A stretch of 64,000 nt of DNA from Alphaproteobacteria bacterium (GTDB lineage: Bacteria; Pseudomonadota; Alphaproteobacteria; UBA8317): positions 1 through 64,000 of the forward strand of contig JAYPQH010000037.1 in NCBI GenBank assembly GCA_038131935.1, written 5' to 3'. A program made the translations under genes and the position numbers. The notes beneath the pieces are model-generated. The model searched no databases. It was not told where the DNA came from and saw only the letters and a list, made by a program, of their open reading frames with translations. This document shows, piece after piece, positions 51,811 through 60,772 of the stretch (its first letter is position 1; every line of letters begins with the position of its first letter).

Positions 51811-51845
51811 TACGTCAATTTGAAAAGATCCAATAATGATGTGAA

Positions 51846-51884
51846 AGAGGATGCTGCATATGTTGTGCAGCATCTTTTGTTTTT
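51846..51884 (+). terminator. Rho-independent terminator after ibpA
   Basis: GATGCTGCATA-tgt-TGTGCAGCATC stem followed by TTTTGTTTTT. Confidence 0.75.
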
Positions 51885-51896
51885 AGGAATGTAGAA

Positions 51897-53735
51897 ATGA
51901 GTCCACCAAGGGACCACAGATTTTCAAGAAGATTGCAGCAAGGTGAATTAAGGCGTACTTTTGGCATTCTTTTGCCATATTTGTGGCCGAGCGATAGTTT
52001 GGAAACCAAAGCTCGTGTGGTCACAGCTTTCGTGCTGTTAAGTTTGTCGAAGGTAGCTGGGTTATTCGTGCCAGTCATTTTGGGCCAAGCCGTTGATATG
52101 GTCTCTGAAGAAGCTTTCGCTTTGCCGATGATCTTGGGATTGTTGGTGGCTTATGGTGCTTTGCGTGTTGGTGAGCAATTATTCTCTGAAGGAAGAGAAT
52201 ATATTTTTGCTCGGGTGGCTCAAAGGACAATTCGTTCCGTTGGTGTTAGGGTTTTTGACCATTTGCATAGTTTATCATTACGGTTTCATCTCGATCGACA
52301 AACGGGAGGGCTGAGCCGGATTATTGAACGTGGAACGAAAGCAATTGAGTTTCTTCTTACATTCATGCTCTTCAATATTGTCCCCATGGCCATTGAATTG
52401 TTGTTGGTCTGCGCGGTTTTATGGTCACTTTATGATGTCTCTTTCGCAGTCGTGACCTTGTTGGTGATTACAATTTATGTGGCATGGACACTGATTTTTA
52501 CAGAATTTCGTATTAAGCTCCGCAAACGCATGAACCAGTCAGATCAGCAAGCGCATGGAAGAGCTGTTGACTCCTTACTGAATTATGAGACCGTAAAATA
52601 TTTTGGCAACGAACAGCATGAGAGTGATCGGTTTTCAGGGGCCATGAAGCGGTATGAGGATGCAGCTGTGCGATCACGCACATCGCTCTCTGTTTTGAAT
52701 GTGGGACAAGGCTTCATCATTGCTGTTGGTTTAACTTTGGTAATGTATCTTGCCGCAAAGGGCATCGACCAAGGTCATATGACCGCTGGTGACTTCGTCA
52801 CGGTGAATGCTTATCTCATTCAACTCTATTTGCCTTTAGATTTTCTTGGTTTTGTCTACAGAGAAATCAGGCAATCCCTGGTTGATATGGCTGATATGTT
52901 TGGTTTGTTTGGCCAACCTAAGGAGGTCGATGATATGCCAAACGCACCTCCATTGGTGAGAAAAGGGGGCGAAGTTGTTTTTGACCATGTAGGTTTTTCG
53001 TATCAAGAAAATCGTCAAATCCTTCATGATGTAAGTTTCGTCGCAAGGCCTGGAGAGACTGTGGCCATCGTAGGACCTTCAGGAGCAGGTAAGTCGACAT
53101 TGTCCCGCTTGTTGTTTCGTTTTTTTGATGTGACATCTGGCGAAATCAGGATTGATGGACAGAACATTTCCCACGTTCAGCAGCATTCATTACGCCAATC
53201 CATCGGGATTGTACCTCAAGATACCGTACTTTTTAATGATACGATTGGGTATAATATTGCGTATGGACATCCAGGGTCCTCTAAAGATGCGATTGTTGAG
53301 GCTGCGAAATTGGCCAGTATTCATCAATTTATCATGGAGTTACCAGATGGTTATGATACCATGGTGGGTGAACGTGGATTGAAATTGTCTGGTGGTGAGA
53401 AACAGCGGGTTGCCATCGCAAGAACCCTTCTGAAAGCACCGGAGATATTTCTATTCGATGAAGCGACTTCTGCGTTAGACACACGAACAGAGCGCGCCAT
53501 ACAAGGCTCCTTGCGCACGCTCTCCGAGGGGAAAACAACTTTAATAATCGCACATCGCCTCTCCACAATTACCCATGCAGACCAGATCATTGTTTTGGAC
53601 AAAGGCCGTGTTGTTGAACAGGGTCATCACGATGCTCTACTGGCTAAACAGGGGCTTTATGCGCAAATGTGGGAACAGCAAGCACGTGTGGATAATGATA
53701 GCCGTGAGCTGGTGTCCATAAGTCATCATCCATGA
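51897..53735 (+). CDS. ABCB-type Atm1/HMT1-family ABC transporter (fused TMD-NBD)
   Basis: LSLRFHLDRQTGGLSR, DSLLNYETVKYF, GPSGAGKST, LSGGEKQRVAIAR and FDEATSALD motifs. Confidence 0.92.
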   Translation: MSPPRDHRFSRRLQQGELRRTFGILLPYLWPSDSLETKARVVTAFVLLSLSKVAGLFVPVILGQAVDMVSEEAFALPMILGLLVAYGALRVGEQLFSEGREYIFARVAQRTIRSVGVRVFDHLHSLSLRFHLDRQTGGLSRIIERGTKAIEFLLTFMLFNIVPMAIELLLVCAVLWSLYDVSFAVVTLLVITIYVAWTLIFTEFRIKLRKRMNQSDQQAHGRAVDSLLNYETVKYFGNEQHESDRFSGAMKRYEDAAVRSRTSLSVLNVGQGFIIAVGLTLVMYLAAKGIDQGHMTAGDFVTVNAYLIQLYLPLDFLGFVYREIRQSLVDMADMFGLFGQPKEVDDMPNAPPLVRKGGEVVFDHVGFSYQENRQILHDVSFVARPGETVAIVGPSGAGKSTLSRLLFRFFDVTSGEIRIDGQNISHVQQHSLRQSIGIVPQDTVLFNDTIGYNIAYGHPGSSKDAIVEAAKLASIHQFIMELPDGYDTMVGERGLKLSGGEKQRVAIARTLLKAPEIFLFDEATSALDTRTERAIQGSLRTLSEGKTTLIIAHRLSTITHADQIIVLDKGRVVEQGHHDALLAKQGLYAQMWEQQARVDNDSRELVSISHHP

Positions 53736-53875
53736 TCCTTAGCAAGGAGCTCCACAAGGCGCACAACTAGATTGTGGCTGAGAGCTGTCAAACCCCTTTG
53801 ACGGTGATGATAAATGATCAAATAGCGCAAAGAGGATGAGCAAAAGGACAAGGTATTTTGGTAAAAACCGCATCA

Positions 53876-55021
53876 CTATCGCTCCATTCCTAAGAAATAC
53901 CGTAACTTGATACCTAAAGGGGTGCTAACAAAAGCGATCAAAAACCAGAGCCAACCATGTATTGAGCCAGACGCAGTACCCCCCAAAAATGCACCTATAT
54001 TGCATCCAAATGAGAGACGTGCCCCGTAGCCCATTAAAAGGCCGCCAACGATAGCGATCAGCATTTCACGAATGGGGAGTTGTGATGGTCCTACGGTTTT
54101 CTGGGCAAAAGCTGCATAGGCTGAGGCCCCAAGCAACATCCCTATATTCATGACCGAGCTGACTTCTGTAAGCACAGAATGTTCAAGGGCTTGCTGTCCT
54201 TTCTGCCAAGTCCAAAAAGGAACTGTTGACAAGTCTACGCCCATGATTTGTGCAAATTTAGCACCCCATAATGTAAAGCCATAGGTGACTGACCATGGAT
54301 GACCTGCGAGCAATAATGTGCATAGGTTGAGAATGATGAGGATAATGCCTGCTTCGGTCCAGCTCCATGAGCCTGTAAAGGGAAGGCGCTGAAAAGGTGA
54401 AGAAATCTGCCAAGATTTCGTTTCACGAAAGAATAGTAATCCACAGATTACAAAAACCCATGTTGCCAAAAGTGCTAATGGCCAGCCCCACAGATTTGCC
54501 ATGGCTACGGGCTGTGTTTTTGGTAAGGCCAACCAGAAACCCATATCAAGAGACGCCCAGAAGGCGCCTGCAATAAAGCCAATAAGGGCAAAGCTTGAGC
54601 GAATAGAGCCACCACCCAGTGCAAAAAGGGTTCCTGAGGCGCACCCATTAGCAAGCTGCATCCCAATAGAAAATAGCACCGCCCCTACCAGCAAACTGAC
54701 ACCAACGGGGGCAATGGCACCTCTCAACTGATCAGGAAAATAGGCAATGAGTGGAATAAACAAGGTCGCAGTGGCAGCTATGACCCATAATTGGGCCCGA
54801 ATACCTGTACCATCACCCGTTTTGAAATAAAGTCGCCAAGAGCCAGCAAATCCAAATGAGCCTGCGAGCATGGCTGCTCCAAGTCCTGCACCAACCAGTA
54901 GCAGTATGGCTTGGCGTGCATGAACCTCAAAAAAAATGATCGTAAAAAGGAACAATAGGCCAGCAAGAGCTGGCCATCTTGTGTTTGGCAAAGCAAGACT
55001 TGTCATGATTATTGTAGCCAC
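53876..55021 (-). CDS. YeeE/YedE family sulfur-compound transporter
   Basis: SFGFAG, GMQLANGCASGTL and GGLLMGYGARL.FGCNIGA. Confidence 0.9.
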   Translation of the reverse strand: MATIIMTSLALPNTRWPALAGLLFLFTIIFFEVHARQAILLLVGAGLGAAMLAGSFGFAGSWRLYFKTGDGTGIRAQLWVIAATATLFIPLIAYFPDQLRGAIAPVGVSLLVGAVLFSIGMQLANGCASGTLFALGGGSIRSSFALIGFIAGAFWASLDMGFWLALPKTQPVAMANLWGWPLALLATWVFVICGLLFFRETKSWQISSPFQRLPFTGSWSWTEAGIILIILNLCTLLLAGHPWSVTYGFTLWGAKFAQIMGVDLSTVPFWTWQKGQQALEHSVLTEVSSVMNIGMLLGASAYAAFAQKTVGPSQLPIREMLIAIVGGLLMGYGARLSFGCNIGAFLGGTASGSIHGWLWFLIAFVSTPLGIKLRYFLGMER

Positions 55022-55971
55022 GCGCTCAAGAAGCTTTTTAGGTCATCAAATCGTGTGCGGTCTGATTCCATGGCCAATTTGGTATCTTTCGACCATGCCA
55101 ACATAGATCCATCATATAACGATACCTGGGGAATTTCCAAAAGTTCATGAAGGACGAACCAGTTATTGGCAGCCCAGTGACCAGAGTTGCAATAACTTAC
55201 CACCGGCTTGGTTATGTCCAGTTTGTTCTGGTTCTGTGTGCGTAATGTATCCAGTGGTAGAAAATATGCCGTACCAGGCTGAAATTGGCTGGCTTGATCA
55301 AACCAAATGGAATCTTTGATTCTTCCAAAACGGCTTGCCAAAGGATGCTTCTCTTTGCCAAGGAACTGGGCTTCGGGTCTCCCGTCGACCAAATTGGCTG
55401 TGTTTTTATCAAGTGCGGCGACCTGAGATGTTGTGGAAAGCAATTCAGGTCTTGGATTGGCCGTGAAAATAGTCGCATCCGCTTCTTGTGCCTGTGTTGA
55501 TAAGGGCCGGTTTGCCTTTTCCCACGCATCAAAGCCACCATCAAGTAACGATACCTGATCATGGCCTAGATATTTAAGGGTCCAATAAACTCTTGTGGCA
55601 GCACCAATATCCGTGGGGCTTTTGCCTTCAGAATAGATAACAACATGAGTTTGTTCATCAATGCCAAGGCTGCCCATAAAAGCTTCTAATGCAGAAATAT
55701 CTGGTAACATACCTGGAATATCATTTTGTTTGACACGCCATGATTTTGGATAAGGGGCGGCAATGGCACCGGGTATATGGCCTTCGCTATGAGGGACAAT
55801 TTTTTTGCCGTCTTTTTCGATCAAGGACCTTATATCGACAAGCCGGATTTTTTTCATGACTTCTGGTGTGATGTCATTGACCTGTACCAGTGGTTTTAAA
55901 ATGTTTGCATGACCAAAAGGTGCAGCAAAGAGAACAAGAATGAGAGAAAGGGAATATAAAAAAGGACGCAT
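55009..55971 (-). CDS. Tandem-domain sulfurtransferase (SseA/rhodanese) with signal peptide
   Basis: Signal peptide MRPFLYSLSLILVLFAAPFGHA, GHIPGA, LLDGGF..W, active site YCNSGHWAA and LYDGS..W. GGAGGAG RBS. Confidence 0.88.
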   Translation of the reverse strand: MRPFLYSLSLILVLFAAPFGHANILKPLVQVNDITPEVMKKIRLVDIRSLIEKDGKKIVPHSEGHIPGAIAAPYPKSWRVKQNDIPGMLPDISALEAFMGSLGIDEQTHVVIYSEGKSPTDIGAATRVYWTLKYLGHDQVSLLDGGFDAWEKANRPLSTQAQEADATIFTANPRPELLSTTSQVAALDKNTANLVDGRPEAQFLGKEKHPLASRFGRIKDSIWFDQASQFQPGTAYFLPLDTLRTQNQNKLDITKPVVSYCNSGHWAANNWFVLHELLEIPQVSLYDGSMLAWSKDTKLAMESDRTRFDDLKSFLSAWLQ

Positions 55972-56014
55972 ATCGGATCTCCTCCAAAAAACTCTCTCAC
56001 ACTTGCGCAACAGG

Positions 56015-56071
56015 AGATATTTATTCTACTTAATTGGAGTAAATTGGGATAAAAAAAGAATAATTATACCT
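56015..56071. promoter_or_regulatory. Candidate Lrp/DecR-type binding sites in the divergent promoter
   Basis: AGATATTTATTCT and AGAATAATTATACCT resemble the AGA-AT-rich-TCT Lrp consensus. Confidence 0.3.
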
Positions 56072-56116
56072 AATTTCTGATTTATAAAGCATATTTTTTT
56101 CCAATAAGGTCAGATA

Positions 56117-56581
56117 ATGGACAAAATTGATCAAAAAATACTATCGCATTTGCAACGTGATGCTGCCATTCCTATTGCGGATCTTGCTCGCGCCGTTGGG
56201 TTATCCACAACGCCTTGCTGGCGAAGGGTTCAAAAACTTGAAGCTGATGGTGTCATCAAGGCCAAGGTGGCGCTATTGGATGCGGACCAACTTGGCCTAG
56301 GTCTCACGGCGTTCATGGCTGTAACCACGAACCGTCACAACCGAGAGTGGTTAGACCATTTCGCGCATGTCGTTGTGGATTTTCCTGAAGTGGTTGAGTT
56401 CCATCGGTTGGCAGGAACTATTGATTATCTGTTGAAGGTCATGGTTCCCACCATGCAACATTATGATGATTTTTATAAAAGATTGGTTGCCCGTGTTGAA
56501 ATTTCGGAAGTAAGCAGCTGGTTTGCCATGGAGCGCATAAAAGAAACCACCATGCTTCCCCTCCATCACATACCTCAATGA
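56117..56581 (+). CDS. Lrp/AsnC family regulator (DecR-like)
   Basis: LQRDA, VGLSTTPCWRRVQKLE..GVI, PEVVEFHRLAG..DYLLKV and YD.FYKRL. Confidence 0.88.
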   Translation: MDKIDQKILSHLQRDAAIPIADLARAVGLSTTPCWRRVQKLEADGVIKAKVALLDADQLGLGLTAFMAVTTNRHNREWLDHFAHVVVDFPEVVEFHRLAGTIDYLLKVMVPTMQHYDDFYKRLVARVEISEVSSWFAMERIKETTMLPLHHIPQ

Positions 56582-56708
56582 CAATGAAAAACATGATGTT
56601 TTGTGATATATTACGAATTCACACCCTGTGCATATAAAACCAACGTTTTGTGCAAGGGTTATTGGGTGTGGTAAATTGATATTGTAAGGCTTCAAGGGGT
56701 TTAGAAAA

Positions 56709-57206
56709 ATGTTACGTTTCATAAGTTTAAGTGTAATGATGGCTATTTGTGCGGTGTCTGCTAGAGCGCAAGAAGATAGCTTGCAAAGATTTCACGTATT
56801 GGCACCACATCTGGCTCATGAATTGGTTGAAGCCACCCTACAAGCCTGTGAGGAAGATGGCTTTCAGGTAGCTGTTGCCGTTGTTGATCGCTTTGGTGTG
56901 CCTCAAGCTTTGTTGCGCAACAGGTTTGCGGGGCCTCATACCCCCAAAACGGCCATTCGCAAGGCTTACACAGCCATAAGCTTTCGCAGCAATACCTTAG
57001 ATTTGATCGAGCCAACACAATCTGGTTCACCTCAGTCGGGTGCGCGTAACATTGATCATGTGCTCATGTTAGGGGGTGGTTTGGTGATTGAAGCAGCTGG
57101 TGAAATGCTTGGTGGTCTGGGTATCTCAGGAGCGCCTAGCGGAGAGGATGATGAGGCCTGTGGGCAAAAGGGATTGGATGCTATTGCGGATAAGTTGCCT
57201 TTTTAA
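56709..57206 (+). CDS. Secreted GlcG/HbpS heme-binding family protein
   Basis: Signal peptide, VAVAVVDRFG, A.RKAYTA, GGGL.I and G.G.SGAPSG..DEAC motifs. Confidence 0.85.
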   Translation: MLRFISLSVMMAICAVSARAQEDSLQRFHVLAPHLAHELVEATLQACEEDGFQVAVAVVDRFGVPQALLRNRFAGPHTPKTAIRKAYTAISFRSNTLDLIEPTQSGSPQSGARNIDHVLMLGGGLVIEAAGEMLGGLGISGAPSGEDDEACGQKGLDAIADKLPF

Positions 57207-57280
57207 AAGAACGCGAAACCCTTGGAGATTTTGCCTATTTTCAGACGTTATCCACAGCAATCACATGAGGTGGTCTTGAG

Positions 57281-57520
57281 TTGAACAACTTGGAATTAAG
57301 ACAAGAGCCTGGGAAGTTGGTATTGAAGGACTTCTACACCCCTTGGGCTTACTGCTTGTATCATGATGATGGTGGTATCGAATATGTTTTCGTAGCCCCA
57401 CGTTTAAGAAGACGTGGTTTAGGGCGGCTTATGTTGCAAATTGTCCAGAGGATCACGTCATCTTTAATCTACCCTGCAACACCTATGAGTGAGAAAGGCG
57501 AGGCTTTTTTCAGCATTTAG
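57281..57520 (+). CDS. Small GNAT-like protein
   Basis: IEYVFVAPRLRRRGLGRLML (acetyl-CoA binding motif A) and S..G.AFF. TTG start with GAGGTG RBS. Confidence 0.6.
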   Translation: MNNLELRQEPGKLVLKDFYTPWAYCLYHDDGGIEYVFVAPRLRRRGLGRLMLQIVQRITSSLIYPATPMSEKGEAFFSI

Positions 57521-57619
57521 ATCTGATCAAGACACAGCATCCGGGGCGGTTACGCGATCATATGCACAAAGCGTACCTCTCTCCTCCTGTTGGTCTAGCC
57601 TGTCCTCAGGAGATGAAAA

Positions 57620-58903
57620 ATGGATGATCAAGGATTGACGACATTACTTTTGCTCAGCGTTGGGTTTTTTTTCTTGGGCTTTGCCACGGCATGGTTACGT
57701 CTATCGTCATACCGTAAACATGCAGAGAAAACACAAACCGAGCTTGCGGTATTGCAAGCACGATTTGACGAGGTCAATCGAGGACATGCAGAACAATTGC
57801 GCAGTTTGGAAAATGTTCGAGGGCAGATCGAAAAAGACCTAAAGTTGGTTAATCAAGAGCTTCTTGAGCGCAATAGCGAAACTTTTTTGAAAAGAGCGCA
57901 AGATAGTCTTGCCCAGCGTGAGGCCCTGGCACGCGAACAGATGTCAGCTTTGGTGAAACCTATTCATGAGGGATTAAAAGGATATCAGGAGCATTTGCAT
58001 AAAATTGAGTCCACACGCCGCCGAGATGAGGGGGCACTTTATGAACATTTACAAATACTCGCGCGGTCTCAACAGGATCTTGGTCAGCAAACCTCAAAAC
58101 TTGTGAATGCATTGAAATCAGCTCCCAAAACCCGAGGTCGTTGGGGTGAGCAGCAATTGAAAAATGTTATGGAAATTGCAGGTCTCAGTGAGCATGTTGA
58201 TTTTGTTTTAGAAAAATCCTTTTCCTCTAATGATATAACCTTACGACCAGATGCGGTTATCCAGCTGCCTCAAGGTCGTCAGTTGGTTGTTGACGCCAAA
58301 ACACCTATGGCGGCTTATCTTGAGGCGTTGGAAATCCTGGATGATGAGGAACGAGAAATCAAACTTCGTGATCATGCGCGTCAAGCAAGGGTGCATATGC
58401 AATCTTTGGCTTCAAAATCTTATTGGTCGCATATAAAGGGTGCTGCGGATTATGTGGTGATGTTTATGCCCGGTGAAAACCTTTTTACCGCCGCGGTGGA
58501 ACGTGATCCCGCTCTACTTGTTGATGGCATTGATCGGCGTGTCTTGATTACAACGCCTACCACCTTTGTGGCCCTGGCACATGTGGTGGCTGCCAGTTGG
58601 CGTCAGGAGCGGCTAACCGACAACGCCATCCAAATGGGCAAATTAGGCCAAGACCTTTATGAGCGGATGTCTATTCTTGGTGAGAGGGTTGCAAAGCTTA
58701 CCCAACATATGGATCGTGCGGTGAAGTCACATAACGAATTGGTGGCAACCTTAGAATCGAGGGTAATGCCACAAGCACGAAAATTTGTGGATATGGGTAC
58801 GGTGACAAATTCAAGAGATATAGCCACTTTGGAAATGGTCGAAACAACGGCGCGCAAATTGCGAGAAGATCGTGACTTTGCACAAGATGAAACATCATCA
58901 TAA
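57620..58903 (+). CDS. rmuC: DNA recombination protein RmuC
   Basis: N-terminal TM and coiled coil, RGRWGEQQL, RPD..I.LP, VDAK.P, VMFMPGE and TPTT motifs. Confidence 0.92.
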   Translation: MDDQGLTTLLLLSVGFFFLGFATAWLRLSSYRKHAEKTQTELAVLQARFDEVNRGHAEQLRSLENVRGQIEKDLKLVNQELLERNSETFLKRAQDSLAQREALAREQMSALVKPIHEGLKGYQEHLHKIESTRRRDEGALYEHLQILARSQQDLGQQTSKLVNALKSAPKTRGRWGEQQLKNVMEIAGLSEHVDFVLEKSFSSNDITLRPDAVIQLPQGRQLVVDAKTPMAAYLEALEILDDEEREIKLRDHARQARVHMQSLASKSYWSHIKGAADYVVMFMPGENLFTAAVERDPALLVDGIDRRVLITTPTTFVALAHVVAASWRQERLTDNAIQMGKLGQDLYERMSILGERVAKLTQHMDRAVKSHNELVATLESRVMPQARKFVDMGTVTNSRDIATLEMVETTARKLREDRDFAQDETSS

Positions 58904-58911
58904 CAGCGTGG

Positions 58912-60660
58912 TTATTGTTGCCAAAAGCTTGCGTTTAAGTCGAGCTGTTCGCTTCGACGTGACTGAATCAACGTGCGTGTTTCCGAGACCATTTCTTGGG
59001 TTAAACCTATCGAGCGTAATGTCTCCTCTGACATCAATAAAGATGAGCCCAGCATGTCCGGGATAGCTGTGTCAGCACCTTGGTCTCGAAGTTTTTGCGC
59101 CTCATGTTCATCATGGGCACGCGAAATAATGGTGGCATGAGGTGCCATTTGGCGAATGATTTTGGTGACCGTAAACACGGCATAAGGATCATCTAAAGCC
59201 ACCACAACCACCTGCCGTTTGTCCACATGAAGTTTGGCGAGAAAATCCTCTCGCTTAGCTTCTCCAAACAGGACATCAATACCAGCACGACGGGCTTCTC
59301 GAACATGGTTCATGTGATTATCAACAGCAATATATGTAATGGCTTGTGCACTGAGGGCTTCGGCAATCGTGGTTCCTACCCGACCAATACCAAGCAATAA
59401 AACGTCTGCAATGTCTTCTTCGTCTTGGGCAGGCGTGGTGACATGCAAAGCGTTTTCTTTAGCCTCTGTGCGTTTGGCCAATTTTGCTCCCCAGGAGGCA
59501 AGAAAAGGATGTGTCATCATTGAAATGAGGACGACTGATACAAGTATTTGTTTGGTCGCATCATCAATCAAATTGGTTTGGGTGGCTGTAGCGAGTAAGA
59601 TAAAGGCAAATTCTCCTGCAGGTGCAAGCAGCAACGCTGCTTCAATAGAAGCGGAACGGGTTTGCCGGAAAAATGTCATCAAAGCCATGATCACTGTAGA
59701 TTTTATCAAAAGAACAAGAATGATGAGGCCTATAATTTGGGGCAATTGCCAAAGTATGCCATCTAAAGGCAGTAGCATGCCTGTGGATAAGAAAAATAAC
59801 CCCAATAACAAGCTTTTAAATGGTTCAATGTCAGCTTCAATTTGATAACGGCTAGAGGTGTTTGCAAAAACAAGACCCGCCAATAAGGCGCCAAGCGATG
59901 AGGAAAGTCCTGCCAACTCGGCACCAGCAGACATGACAAACATGACCAGTAAAATGATGGCCATGAAGCCTGCTCTCCCCGTGAAGCGAGAATGCACCAG
60001 GATAGGTCTTACCACCACACGCCCGATCCCATACATAGCCAACATGATCAAAATAGCCTGCAAAACACCAAAGCCCAAAGAATTGATATCTAGGGCGCCA
60101 GCTTCGGTATTTCCCAAGCTCACAACTACAAATAAAAGCGGAATTACGGCCAAATCTTGAGCCAACAATATGCCAAAGCTAGCGCGGCCTAAAGGTTCCC
60201 CCATTCGTTTGGTTTCACCAAGCCGGTGCATCACCATAGCTGTTGAACTTAAAGACATGCATATTCCAAACAAAAGCGCTTGCTCTGGGGGGAATTGAAG
60301 CGCCATCATGGCCATTGCAAGGATAAGTATGGTGGCAATTATTTGTAACCCCCCAACACCAGCAATGAGCCGCCTCATGGTAAAAAGACGAGAAGGCGAG
60401 AGTTCTAAGCCAATGGTAAACATCAAAAAGATCACCCCTAAGTCACCTAAAAGCGCGATATCTTCGTCATTGGTAAGCAAAAAAGGATGAAGCTCTGGGA
60501 TTTGACCAAGAATGTCAGGGCCAATAAGGATGCCAATGATGAGGAAGGTTAGAATTTCGTCAAGACCCAGGCGCTTTGCCAGTGGCACCAACAAGCCCGC
60601 CATTCCGAGGTAAACAATAGGCTCACTTAAAACGACCGCACCTAGGTTGCTTCCAGCCAT
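58912..60660 (-). CDS. CPA2-family cation:proton antiporter with TrkA-N domain (KefB/KefC-like)
   Basis: LGVIFLMFTIGLELS, LSSTA, ILLAQDLA, IEPFK.LLLGLFF, GEFAF and GIGRVG. Confidence 0.88.
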   Translation of the reverse strand: MAGSNLGAVVLSEPIVYLGMAGLLVPLAKRLGLDEILTFLIIGILIGPDILGQIPELHPFLLTNDEDIALLGDLGVIFLMFTIGLELSPSRLFTMRRLIAGVGGLQIIATILILAMAMMALQFPPEQALLFGICMSLSSTAMVMHRLGETKRMGEPLGRASFGILLAQDLAVIPLLFVVVSLGNTEAGALDINSLGFGVLQAILIMLAMYGIGRVVVRPILVHSRFTGRAGFMAIILLVMFVMSAGAELAGLSSSLGALLAGLVFANTSSRYQIEADIEPFKSLLLGLFFLSTGMLLPLDGILWQLPQIIGLIILVLLIKSTVIMALMTFFRQTRSASIEAALLLAPAGEFAFILLATATQTNLIDDATKQILVSVVLISMMTHPFLASWGAKLAKRTEAKENALHVTTPAQDEEDIADVLLLGIGRVGTTIAEALSAQAITYIAVDNHMNHVREARRAGIDVLFGEAKREDFLAKLHVDKRQVVVVALDDPYAVFTVTKIIRQMAPHATIISRAHDEHEAQKLRDQGADTAIPDMLGSSLLMSEETLRSIGLTQEMVSETRTLIQSRRSEQLDLNASFWQQ

Positions 60661-60772
60661 TCATCCCATCCAATTCCATATCATCACCACCCACATACCC
60701 AAACCGACTCACATTTGCTATGGTCTTTGCCAAAATATGTTCGTGCATGATGATAAAGAGGCTTGGTAATCG

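Noticed and set aside
41633-58903. EVE, SNase nuclease and RmuC as an anti-phage defence system
   Set aside because: They are dispersed among housekeeping genes, not clustered. The stand-alone EVE gene is in its usual gpsA/acs neighbourhood.
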